Virus record (IMG/VR): IMGVR_UViG_3300037692_000441
Coordinates: 1-40,716 of that record
Source: a virus
Taxonomy: Duplodnaviria > Caudoviricetes
DNA: 40,716 bases
Reading direction: 5' to 3' (one strand)
The notes below the pieces were generated by a model. It worked only from the letters and a program-made list of their open reading frames with translations, made no database searches and was not told the DNA's origin. A program made the position numbers and the translations under genes. Numbering within the stretch: the first letter of the stretch is position 1; each line of letters opens with the position of its first letter. Shown here one piece after another: positions 1 to 7,817 of the stretch.

Positions 1-195
1 CGCGCCGCGGAGGTACGCGCCGCCGAGGTCCGCGCCGCGGAGGTACGCGCCGCCGAGGTACGCGCCGCCGAGGTACGCGCCGCCGAGGTACGCGCCGCCG
101 AGGTCCGCGCCGCGGAGGTACGCGCCGCCGAGGTACGCGCCGCCGAGGTACGCGCCGCCGAGGTACGCGCCGCCGAGGTCCGCGCCGCGGAGGTC
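1..195. repeat. 15-bp tandem repeat array (13 units, CGCGCCGC[C/G]GAGGT[A/C])
   Basis: Directly visible; encodes A[D/Y]L[G/R]G on the minus strand. Confidence 0.97.
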
Positions 196-300
196 GGTCT
201 CGGCCTTCACGGCGGCCTCGACCGTGAGTTTCAAGGTCTCCGTCTTGAGGGAGAACAGGACACTCCCGCTGAAGCGGTGCTTGATCTCGAAGAGTTTCAC
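1..300 (-). CDS. Pentapeptide-repeat protein, 5' part (continues across the circular junction to 39935; ~319 aa)
   Basis: GTG at 300 overlaps the upstream TGA. Reads MKLFEIKHRFSGSVLFSLKTETLKLTVEAAVKAETDLRG-ADLGG-AYLGG..., a typical phage pentapeptide-protein N-terminus. Missed by the ORF track. Confidence 0.9.
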   Translation of the reverse strand, partial: MKLFEIKHRFSGSVLFSLKTETLKLTVEAAVKAETDLRGADLGGAYLGGAYLGGAYLGGAYLRGADLGGAYLGGAYLGGAYLGGAYLRGADLGGAYLRGA

Positions 301-551
301 CGCTCGCCTCCCGCTCTCCTCACCGACGGCGCATTCCCGGCCTCCACGCCCAGCGGCAGCGACGGCTGCTCCACCTCGATCTCTGCGATGAAGGCGCCCT
401 TCTGGCCGTCGGTGAGTTCGTCGACGGCGGCCTTCGTGGCGGTCCCGTCGATCTCGATGTGGAACTCTCCCCTCGCGTATTGCGTGGGGCCGTCCTTGGT
501 CTGCCGAAGCCTGTAGGACACGTTGCGGATGAACATCTTCACTCTCGCCAT
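297..551 (-). CDS. Hypothetical protein (84 aa, MARVKMFIRNV...)
   Basis: ATG at 551 with GGAGG upstream; stop overlaps the next start. Confidence 0.7.
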   Translation of the reverse strand: MARVKMFIRNVSYRLRQTKDGPTQYARGEFHIEIDGTATKAAVDELTDGQKGAFIAEIEVEQPSLPLGVEAGNAPSVRRAGGER

Positions 552-639
552 CTGGAGCCTCCTTTTCGTCTGGGGGTGAGGAGCCTTTTTACAGCCGTCA
601 CGGTTCGTCTTGCCGTCATACTTTTTCAGCCGAACGCGA

Positions 640-881
640 TTACCCCTCACGGGGTTACCCCTCACCAAACGGGAGGGGGAACCCCCCCCCGTAGGGGGGG
701 GGTTGTGTGAGGGGAAATCCAAGTAAGCGAAATACATAAGGAATATTTCCCCTCATGGGGATATTTGAGGGGTAATCGTGAGGGGTAATCGATGTATTTG
801 ATTTTATTGAGTATTTATTTCCCCTCACCGAATACCCCTCAAACGTGAGGGGTAATGAGGGGTAATCGAGATGAGGGGTAA
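640..881. promoter_or_regulatory. Putative replication origin: 11 iteron-like TGAGGGG(T/A)A copies in both orientations, AT-rich core, C9-GTA-G9 hairpin (680-704)
   Basis: Non-coding AT-rich gap directly downstream of the helicase gene. Copies start at 640, 655, 708, 746, 766, 779, 818, 832, 846, 856 and 872. Confidence 0.75.
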
Positions 882-902
882 TCGGCGCATGGGAAATAGG
901 GG

Positions 903-2036
903 TCATTCCTTGTCTCCAGTAATCTCCAACAGGGAGAAAATCCGACCGTTCCCACGCCCAATCGTTGGCCTTGACGCGATCATGTTTATAAGGGGCGATG
1001 CAGCGAACGCCACGGCGCGCTCGGCGGTTGCCTGGGAGACGTTTTTCAGCTCCTTGATCTGGGAGTAAAGTTGTTTCCCCGTCATCTCCCCACCGAAGGA
1101 TTCGATGATCTTGGAGATCTCGACGGGGGCAATGTTCGACCTCAAGAGCCTGGGGGTCCTGGTGGCGTGGATCAGGATGACGCCCTCCCTGGTGAGGTCC
1201 ATGGGAGTCGGATCCTCGAAGTTCCGAAGGGTGAAATTGAGCTGGAACTTCTCGTCGGAATCCTCCTTGGTGCGGGAGAGCATCATGGCCCCATCGACGA
1301 ACCCGTCGAGACCGGCGCCACGCAGCTCGGAGATTCCAGAGTTGATGCCGATCGACTTGCGTACGTGGTGGACCAGGAGGACGCACTTCCCCGCCTCCTT
1401 CACCCGGTCGAGGACGTCCTGGACCCGCCGCGCATCGCTGTGGGAGTTCTCGTCGCCTTCCGCGATGAACCGGTAGAGGGGATCGAGGATCACGACTTCG
1501 AAGGGCTCCACCAGCCGCATGAGAGTCCGCTCGCCGGCGTCGGTGTCGATCTTGAGCTTCCCGCCGGTGGAGAGGTATTCCATGCGCTGGAGCCCCTCCT
1601 CCTCGATCTCCGTGAAGGCGATCAGCTTCTGGAATCGTTCCCGCAGGCGCACCTCTCGCCCTTCCGCGGAGAGCAGCAGGACCTTGAAGGGGCGGGTGGC
1701 CTCGAAGCCGAGCCAGGGGCCTCCGGCGGCCGCGCACAGTCCCATCGATTTGATCGTCCAGCTCTTCATCGCCTTCGGGGGCCCGCCCAGGACGGTGGCC
1801 TCGCCCATGGCGAGAAGGCCCTCGAAAACCTCTTCAGGGGATGTGAGGGTCTCGTCCTGCAGCAGGTCCAGTACGGGTCGGGGGCGCATGTTTTCGAGGA
1901 CGACGAGCTTCGCGGCCTCCGCCTCCGTCAACGGAGGACCTGGTGCGCCGCTTCTCACCGGCCGCGGGCCGGGCAGCCTTCGGCCTACATCTTCGACCAC
2001 GTCGGTGAAGTCGTCGTCGGGAGCGTCTACACGCAT
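903..2036 (-). CDS. RepA/AAA_25-family replicative helicase with probable C-terminal winged helix
   Basis: Walker A GPPKAMKS, Walker B VILDP, LVHHVRK and LRGAG motifs. Confidence 0.8.
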   Translation of the reverse strand: MRVDAPDDDFTDVVEDVGRRLPGPRPVRSGAPGPPLTEAEAAKLVVLENMRPRPVLDLLQDETLTSPEEVFEGLLAMGEATVLGGPPKAMKSWTIKSMGLCAAAGGPWLGFEATRPFKVLLLSAEGREVRLRERFQKLIAFTEIEEEGLQRMEYLSTGGKLKIDTDAGERTLMRLVEPFEVVILDPLYRFIAEGDENSHSDARRVQDVLDRVKEAGKCVLLVHHVRKSIGINSGISELRGAGLDGFVDGAMMLSRTKEDSDEKFQLNFTLRNFEDPTPMDLTREGVILIHATRTPRLLRSNIAPVEISKIIESFGGEMTGKQLYSQIKELKNVSQATAERAVAFAASPLINMIASRPTIGRGNGRIFSLLEITGDKE

Positions 2037-2218
2037 AAATATTTCGACAATTCTTTGATCCCCTCCTCATACTCCCCTTCCGGCAATCCCTTCAGGAGCT
2101 GCTTCCCAATCTCGTATTCACGCCACGACCCGGACGCCCGCCGCAGCCCTGCTATGGCGAAATAAATGGCGAGGGGGACCTCGGGCAACGGGAGGGCCGT
2201 GACCGCCATCAGATCCAC
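2027..2218 (-). CDS. Hypothetical protein
   Basis: Tightly overlapped ORF within the operon. Confidence 0.55.
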   Translation of the reverse strand: MDLMAVTALPLPEVPLAIYFAIAGLRRASGSWREYEIGKQLLKGLPEGEYEEGIKELSKYLCV

Positions 2219-2523
2219 CCGTTAAGCGCCAGGCGCATCCGGTCCGCCTCGAGGGACCGGTACCGCAGATCCTCCGTCGTCTTCCCCCATTCCGTTCCGC
2301 GCGTCGTCCCGCAGGTGAACGCCTTGCGGACGATCACGCCGTACCGGAGGAGCTCCTGGTCGATCTCCCGGGCGCCGGGGCAGTTCCAGAGGACGAGCGC
2401 GGGAACGTCGCAAAGGCCGAATACCGTGACGGTGCCGGGGATCCGCTTCTGAACGTATTGCGTTCCGACGGGAATTCTCCGCTCGGGATCTGGGGCCGTG
2501 GATCCGCAGCAGGCGCATTTCAT
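2209..2523 (-). CDS. Cys-containing hypothetical protein (possible Zn-binding; MKCACCG...)
   Basis: ATG overlaps the upstream TGA (ATGA) with GGAGG SD; CxxC plus distal Cys residues. Confidence 0.6.
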   Translation of the reverse strand: MKCACCGSTAPDPERRIPVGTQYVQKRIPGTVTVFGLCDVPALVLWNCPGAREIDQELLRYGVIVRKAFTCGTTRGTEWGKTTEDLRYRSLEADRMRLALNGWI

Positions 2524-3062
2524 GCCAGCGCCCTCCTTTGTCCTGAGATCCGGTTGAAGTGGATTTGGCAATACGGGCCTTTCGCGCCGTGCGACAGCAC
2601 CGCCAAGCAGTCCGGGTCGGCGCAGATCCGCGGGCCGTCGCCGTGCGTCGGCTTGCGCACCGCCGCTTCCGCCCTCGCGCGGGCAATACCCTGCTTGCAG
2701 GAGGCGCACGGAATCTCCCGGCGGCTGTCGAGGAGCGTGTTCGCCACGGGCCGCATCGCCGCCTTGCGGACGGCGAGGCACACGCCGTCGTCCACGCACG
2801 GGTTGATCTCGATGTGGCGGTGTGGGGGCGATATCCTGTTGTTCACAACAGGTTCATCCGCTGTCCGTTGCGAAGACGCTACCGGCGCGGGCTGGCGAGG
2901 ATCGCGTCCGAGTGCTGCGATGACCCGGGGGAGGAAGATACGACTCGGAGCGCCCCGCTTGTTCTTCCACCTCCATACGACTACCTGTGAAAATCCCGCC
3001 TTGCGCAGGATCGCCGCGTCGGCCTCGTCGATGAAGATGGGCGGGGAGGCGCGGCGGGTCAC
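2520..3062 (-). CDS. HTH-like N-terminal domain plus Cys-rich C-terminal domain protein
   Basis: GFSQVVVWRWKNKRGAPS resembles an XRE recognition helix; several Cys pairs follow. Confidence 0.55.
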   Translation of the reverse strand: MTRRASPPIFIDEADAAILRKAGFSQVVVWRWKNKRGAPSRIFLPRVIAALGRDPRQPAPVASSQRTADEPVVNNRISPPHRHIEINPCVDDGVCLAVRKAAMRPVANTLLDSRREIPCASCKQGIARARAEAAVRKPTHGDGPRICADPDCLAVLSHGAKGPYCQIHFNRISGQRRALA

Positions 3063-3427
3063 CGCTTCGCCGCCCGATGTTTTGTTGGTTTGTTCTTTCC
3101 GTTGTTCCGGAAATTTGCTGCCGGGGAATATTTCTTTATAAGTTCTTGTTCGTGCGAAAGAGCTGATTTGTTATCGTCATGCCAACTGACTATTTCGGCT
3201 TCAAAGTAGCCATGCTCTGCGACGATCCTGAACCACTCCGGATTTCTTGCGATCGAACCTCCAATAGTAAAGGGACGGCCAGCAGTTCCCTTTCCTACAT
3301 AAAACACCTCATTGTTAACCGAGTGGGTATATACACAAACATTCGCGTACCTTAATGGCGCGCTATGCCTGTATTGAGAGAATATTCCAGGCGCACGCTT
3401 TATTTCTTGGATATCGATGCGTGTCAC
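3059..3427 (-). CDS. GIY-YIG family endonuclease (free-standing, low GC)
   Basis: VYTH...FYVGKG..GR...E..LI...N motif pattern; GTG start overlaps the upstream stop; visibly AT-richer than its flanks. Confidence 0.75.
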   Translation of the reverse strand: MTRIDIQEIKRAPGIFSQYRHSAPLRYANVCVYTHSVNNEVFYVGKGTAGRPFTIGGSIARNPEWFRIVAEHGYFEAEIVSWHDDNKSALSHEQELIKKYSPAANFRNNGKNKPTKHRAAKR

Positions 3428-3789
3428 TTCCTTTTCAGCTCCACGAGGGTCTTCGCGATCTCCGTGACCTGCTTCTCGAGCCGCTGGATCGTCAGTTCGC
3501 GCTGCGCCTGCTTCGGCACCAGGTCGCGGACGGCGAAATACTTCGCGATCATCTTCCCGCCGGTGGCGTGACGGATGAGGTCCAGCTCGTTCGCGAAGAG
3601 GTTCGCTGACGTCCCCCCAGAGAGCTTCATGGAGAGCAGCTGGATCGACATTCCGCACGCCTCGGCGATCGCTTTCGGTGGCTTGCCGCAGTTGTAGACG
3701 TCCCAGGCTGCGGCCTCTGTCGGGGTCTCGAAGTCTCGCGGATCCGGCTCGGATTTTTCTTCGAAATTTAGAGTGAGTTGTCCAGACAT
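3424..3789 (-). CDS. CII-like phage regulatory protein
   Basis: Position after cro; KAIAEACGMSIQLLSMKL HTH-like segment. Confidence 0.6.
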   Translation of the reverse strand: MSGQLTLNFEEKSEPDPRDFETPTEAAAWDVYNCGKPPKAIAEACGMSIQLLSMKLSGGTSANLFANELDLIRHATGGKMIAKYFAVRDLVPKQAQRELTIQRLEKQVTEIAKTLVELKRK

Positions 3790-3876
3790 GGCAGACCTCT
3801 TTAACGCGGCTGAAAAGAATTAAAGGTCGTTAAATCGAATCCATGACAAAAAAAGAGAGCGATGACCACCACCCCA

Positions 3877-4134
3877 TCATTCGTTGCTGGCTGCCAATCG
3901 ATCGGAGCATTCCCCGCGCCGGCCAAGAAACAGGACTTCTTCCAGGGTGATTTTCGCGGCGCCGGTGTCGTCGATGTAGCCCTTGAAAAACTCGACGATC
4001 TTGACCGCCACCTCGGGCGAAAAACTCTTGCGGTTGCCCTTGACGTCCGAAATCATCTGCTGGCTCACTCCAGTTGCATTGGCCAGCGCGGACTGGGAGA
4101 TCTTTTCCGCCGTCATCAGGTCAAACATATCCAT
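3877..4134 (-). CDS. cro: Cro-like XRE HTH regulator
   Basis: ISQSALANATGVSQQMISDV HTH; divergent from cI; GGAGGT SD. Confidence 0.8.
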   Translation of the reverse strand: MDMFDLMTAEKISQSALANATGVSQQMISDVKGNRKSFSPEVAVKIVEFFKGYIDDTGAAKITLEEVLFLGRRGECSDRLAASNE

Positions 4135-4161
4135 GGGTCACTACCTCCGTTGATGATCCTT

Positions 4162-4239
4162 TTACAACCGAGGGCGTAAACATGTCAACAACTTTTTACA
4201 ACCGTAGGATAATTGCATTGCGTACCCCGCCGGTTGTAA
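4162..4239. promoter_or_regulatory. OR-like region: three 18-bp operator-like sites (4162-4179, 4196-4213, 4222-4239) and a TTGACA -35 for cro (4183-4188, minus strand)
   Basis: Shared consensus TTACAACCGNNGGCGTAA between the divergent cro and cI genes. Confidence 0.75.
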
Positions 4240-4247
4240 ATGGATAT

Positions 4248-4949
4248 ATGCCGAAAACATTTAAGGAAATATTCTATGAAGAGTATAAAAAAAGGTTCAA
4301 GGTTCAGCGGGAAGCGGCCGCGGCGATCGGTATTTCTCAACAACAGGTTGCGAAATATCTCAAGGGAAAGGATTATCCCAAACTCGATGCCGCCGCCAAG
4401 ATTGCTGATGCCTTCGGGGTTTCAGTGGATTACCTCGCCGGTCGCTTTCCTCAAGAGTCCCCATCGCTTGCTGTGCGCGAAACAACTTCCACATACTCAT
4501 CCAAATCAAGCGGGGATCCCCGTTTACCTCAAGGGTCCGAGGCCGATTTCGTTCGCGTGCCGATCGTGGAGGCGAAGATCGCTGCGGGCCCGGCGGCGCT
4601 GGTCACCAGCGAGCAAATCATCGACGTCGCCTTCGTCCATCGCCGGATCTTGAAGAAGAAAGACCCCCGGAACCTGATCTGCACGTTCGTAAAAGGCAAC
4701 AGCATGGAGCCAATCCTCCGTGACGGCGCGATCGTGTGCATCGACACGAAGGCTCGTCCCGAAGGAAAGAAGGTGCCGCCTGGCACGATCTGGGCGGTTC
4801 GGAAGGACGACGGCGTCGTGGTGAAGTATCTCCAGATCCGTGACCACACGCTCGTCCTGGTGTCCGAGAACAAAGCGTACGACGTGGAGCTGGTCAAGGA
4901 TCCCGAGGCGATCGTCGGCCGCGTAGTGTGGGCATGGCAAAACTATTAG
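4248..4949 (+). CDS. cI: CI-like repressor (XRE HTH + S24 autopeptidase)
   Basis: QREAAAAIGISQQQVAKYL HTH; A-G cleavage site (IAAG); GNSMEP Ser and VVK Lys. Start chosen at ATG 4248 (alternative 4182). Confidence 0.92.
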   Translation: MPKTFKEIFYEEYKKRFKVQREAAAAIGISQQQVAKYLKGKDYPKLDAAAKIADAFGVSVDYLAGRFPQESPSLAVRETTSTYSSKSSGDPRLPQGSEADFVRVPIVEAKIAAGPAALVTSEQIIDVAFVHRRILKKKDPRNLICTFVKGNSMEPILRDGAIVCIDTKARPEGKKVPPGTIWAVRKDDGVVVKYLQIRDHTLVLVSENKAYDVELVKDPEAIVGRVVWAWQNY

Positions 4950-4983
4950 GCAATGTTCGACCAAGAATGTAGGATGTAGATCC

Positions 4984-5415
4984 ATGACCTGCCCAACCTG
5001 CGGGAAGCGCACCGGGAAGCTCATCATCTGGTCGCTGATCCTGTTTTTCGTCAGCGTCTTCTGCGCCGTCAAGCTCGTCTCCCCTCTTCTGAAAAATTCA
5101 CGCACCGAGGACAGGACGGTCGTGCTGCGCCAAGTTACGCTCACGGATCCCGGGCAACTCGTGAAAGACGCGCATCCGGCCTGGGACAACACCGATTGTA
5201 ATCTGGTCGCCGAAAAGAAGATCCGCTTGTTCATGGCGAAGCCCAAGGTCATCGAGGCGTGGGGATCCCCCGCGCGCGTGATCACCACGCACGACTCCGC
5301 CGAGTTCAAGAAGGAGACGTGGATCCTGTCGGGAGACCGAAAGGTCACCTTCAATCTGGTCGGGATGGTTGAGTCCTTCGAGGAACCAGGTTCCCCCTCT
5401 TCCGCTTCCCGTTAG
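4984..5415 (+). CDS. Membrane-anchored extracytoplasmic protein downstream of cI (SmpA/BamE-like motif)
   Basis: N-terminal CPTC, then a TM helix, then FMAKPKVIEAWGSP motif. Confidence 0.6.
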   Translation: MTCPTCGKRTGKLIIWSLILFFVSVFCAVKLVSPLLKNSRTEDRTVVLRQVTLTDPGQLVKDAHPAWDNTDCNLVAEKKIRLFMAKPKVIEAWGSPARVITTHDSAEFKKETWILSGDRKVTFNLVGMVESFEEPGSPSSASR

Positions 5416-5446
5416 ATTTCACACCCTTAAAAAATTTTCCCTCAAA

Positions 5447-5500
5447 ATACGCCTTCGGTTGTTTTTCTTCTTGACAACCTTACGCCTCCGGTTGTAATCT
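5447..5500 (+). promoter_or_regulatory. PL-like early promoter (TTGACA 5471-5476, TAATCT 5495-5500) with two operator-like sites (5447-5464, 5480-5497)
   Basis: Same consensus as the OR sites; lies upstream of the plus-strand early operon. Confidence 0.75.
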
Positions 5501-5544
5501 TCCTCCCACGCCCACAAATTCGGGCGACGAAGGGAGAAAAGACG

Positions 5545-5742
5545 ATGGCGATTTCGGCGTGGAAGTCGAAGCAGATCTGGGAGCCGGGAAAGTCGGTGAA
5601 GGTCGGGTTCCTCAACCTCGTGGTCGTGGAGATGGTGCCCACGCCGGGCGACGGTCTTCCTGACGCCTACATTCTTTCCTCGATGGATCGCCGGCGCACG
5701 TACCGCTTCGTTCCCCACAACGGCCTCGAGCGGCTGGATTGA
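5545..5742 (+). CDS. Small phage early protein
   Basis: First ORF after PL; GGGAG SD. Confidence 0.7.
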   Translation: MAISAWKSKQIWEPGKSVKVGFLNLVVVEMVPTPGDGLPDAYILSSMDRRRTYRFVPHNGLERLD

Positions 5743-5750
5743 AAGGAGAC

Positions 5751-5957
5751 ATGACGATGGCGATCGACAACGAAGCAACCTGCCTGAAATGCGGACGCGA
5801 TGGTAGCCGCTGCATCTGCGAGATCGAGTTCGTTCACGGCCCGGCGTACGGCGAACATCGCGGCTCCCGCCCGGGCGTCGATCCATTCTTCACCGACGCC
5901 GTGTTCAAGGAGTTCGCGCCGGATGAGGAAGCGTTGGAGGAGAAGGAGGCCACATGA
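5751..5957 (+). CDS. Small Cys-containing acidic protein
   Basis: AAGGAG SD then ATG; CxxC...CxC. Confidence 0.55.
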   Translation: MTMAIDNEATCLKCGRDGSRCICEIEFVHGPAYGEHRGSRPGVDPFFTDAVFKEFAPDEEALEEKEAT

Positions 5958-5979
5958 ACCACACAGAGGGAGGTGCCCT

Positions 5980-6276
5980 ATGACAACACCAACGCCGGGG
6001 CCGTGGAAGTTGGAACACGACTGGCAGGAGCAGCCGGGAGCGATCATCATCCTGAGTGCCGATAACCAGATAGTGGCCGATGCGTGGGCTTCTCGCGTTG
6101 AGAGGGTTGCCAATGCCCGCCTCATCGCCTCCGCGCCGGAGTTGTTGGAGGCGGCGCAATTGGTGACCGATGCATTAACTGGCTACGAAACATTCAACAG
6201 TTGGGGGAATTGGAAAATCCTGCTGGAAGCGAGAAAAGAATTGGCCGCCGCCATCGCCAAAGCGGAGGGCCGCTGA
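5980..6276 (+). CDS. Conserved phage protein of the TPGPW...ANARLIAAAPELLEA type
   Basis: Recognisable motif pair; GGAGGT SD. Confidence 0.75.
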   Translation: MTTPTPGPWKLEHDWQEQPGAIIILSADNQIVADAWASRVERVANARLIASAPELLEAAQLVTDALTGYETFNSWGNWKILLEARKELAAAIAKAEGR

Positions 6277-6588
6277 TGGACCTATTTCTTGCCGCCTTCC
6301 CGAACGCGAAGTGGCCGGAGATCCTGGCGCTCCGCGATCAGGATACCCGCGAAGGCGAAGGTGTTCCGCGCGCTGCTGCCGGGCGGGTGGATCCCGGGCG
6401 AGAAGCTGGAAGCGGCCGGCGGGGGATGGGATTTCAGAACCCGGGTCAGCCGGATCCGCGATCTCGGCGTCCCGATCGAATCCAGGGAGTCGCAGGTGGA
6501 TCGAGCCTGTCGTGAATACAACATCCCGACCGCGTTCCTGCTCGCCTATGAGGAGAAGGTGCGCGAGAAATGGAGGGCCACCGCATGA
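6276..6588 (+). pseudogene. Winged-HTH protein, apparently frameshifted near 6351-6355 (or restarting at GTG 6361)
   Basis: The GC3-rich frame switches from MDLFLAAF...QDTRE to AKVFRALL...FRTRVSRIRDLGVPIESR. Confidence 0.5.
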
Positions 6589-6734
6589 CCACCATGCAAA
6601 CCACGTTCCGACGCCTGTCCGACGCGGACCTCCGCGCGTTCCGCCCGTCGTACTTCATCGTCCGGTGGCCAGGCTGGAAGATCTTCGCGGTCATCATCCT
6701 GATTGGCGTGTGCGTCAAGTGGATCACGAAATGA
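6585..6734 (+). CDS. Small membrane protein (49 aa)
   Basis: ATGA overlaps at both ends; C-terminal hydrophobic helix KIFAVIILIGVCVKW. Confidence 0.55.
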   Translation: MTTMQTTFRRLSDADLRAFRPSYFIVRWPGWKIFAVIILIGVCVKWITK

Positions 6735-6844
6735 TTACCTTCCAGCAGGAGGCCATCCGCGTGGCCCGCACGATAGGCGACGTCATCACCGTCGCGTGGG
6801 TGGTGTTCGTGTGCGCGTGGGCGCTGGCGGGGTACTTCGGATGA
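6731..6844 (+). CDS. Small membrane peptide (37 aa)
   Basis: ATGA overlaps; VITVAWVVFVCAWALAGYFG. Confidence 0.5.
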   Translation: MITFQQEAIRVARTIGDVITVAWVVFVCAWALAGYFG

Positions 6845-7035
6845 ACGCCCGCACCGCTGCTGCGATCGACCGCCACATCATGAATCCCCCCGAGCTCGAG
6901 GAGGAGGAGCGGGAGCCGGGCGAGGACTGCGCGCGCCCTGGGCCGCGCGGTTGCGGGTCCTGTCCGGGGTGCTCCGGCTACGGCGACATGAAGTTTGAGC
7001 AGAAGCGAGACAAACAAATAGAGAGGGAGGGGTAA
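6841..7035 (+). CDS. Small Cys-rich hypothetical protein
   Basis: Translationally coupled; C..CxxCxxC. Confidence 0.55.
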   Translation: MNARTAAAIDRHIMNPPELEEEEREPGEDCARPGPRGCGSCPGCSGYGDMKFEQKRDKQIEREG

Positions 7036-7817
7036 TGCGACGACTCATGGTGCTGGATTGGAAATCGGGAAAGAACGTCGAAGACGCGAAGTTCACCGGC
7101 TACACGGAGCACCCGATGCAGGTGGCCTCGTATGCCAAGGCGTACAACCTCGAGGCCGCCGCCGCGGGGGAAGAGCTGATCACCGCCAGCGGCCTGGTCT
7201 ACCTCGACAAGGAGACGGGGCGCCCACGGTTCATCGACACGACGGATGGGATGGAGACGAACTTCGCCGCGTTCTGTGCGATCCGGGAGTATTACCGCTT
7301 GAAGGTGGAGCCGACGGTCTCCGGAGCGCGATTCTACAAGTACGGCGGCGAAAAGTTCCCATCGGTCACAACTGTCTTGGGCCAGCTCGATAAACCGGCG
7401 CTGATCCAGTGGGCGGCTAACTGCGCGGTCGAGTGCATCGAGGGCGTAATCCAGGAGATCCGGGACCCGAAGACCTCCCAGGCGCGCATCGAGCAGCTCC
7501 TCCTCGAGGCGAAGAAGAACTTCCGGGCCGTGTCGCGCAAGGCCATGGACATCGGCACCGTGATCCACAACGCCATCCAGACGCACCTGCACGGCGGCGA
7601 CCCCTCCAACCTCCTCGACGGCAACGAGGCCGCGCAGACCGGCTTCCTCGCGTTCCTCGAGTGGGCGGGGAAGGTGAAGCTCGAGGTCCTCGCGCTCGAG
7701 AAGCCGCTCTTCCACCCGGGGCTCCGTTATGCGGGCACCCCCGATTTTATCGGTCACGTCGACTTGAACAGCACCGCGGCCGTGGCCGCGGAGAAGGAGG
7801 AACTCGATGTCTTTTGA
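7035..7817 (+). CDS. PD-(D/E)XK exonuclease (phage RecB-like/MGME1-like), circularly permuted
   Basis: All motifs present but out of order: VLDWKSG and QVASY at the N-terminus; PSVTTVL, GTVIH, E and YAGTPD after them. Confidence 0.82.
   Translation: MRRLMVLDWKSGKNVEDAKFTGYTEHPMQVASYAKAYNLEAAAAGEELITASGLVYLDKETGRPRFIDTTDGMETNFAAFCAIREYYRLKVEPTVSGARFYKYGGEKFPSVTTVLGQLDKPALIQWAANCAVECIEGVIQEIRDPKTSQARIEQLLLEAKKNFRAVSRKAMDIGTVIHNAIQTHLHGGDPSNLLDGNEAAQTGFLAFLEWAGKVKLEVLALEKPLFHPGLRYAGTPDFIGHVDLNSTAAVAAEKEELDVF

Noticed and set aside
1-195. Terminal 15-bp arrays as CRISPR, telomere or phage terminal repeats
   Set aside because: There are no spacers or cas genes. The units are in-frame codons of a pentapeptide gene, and the 122-bp end identity is best explained as assembly overlap of a circle.
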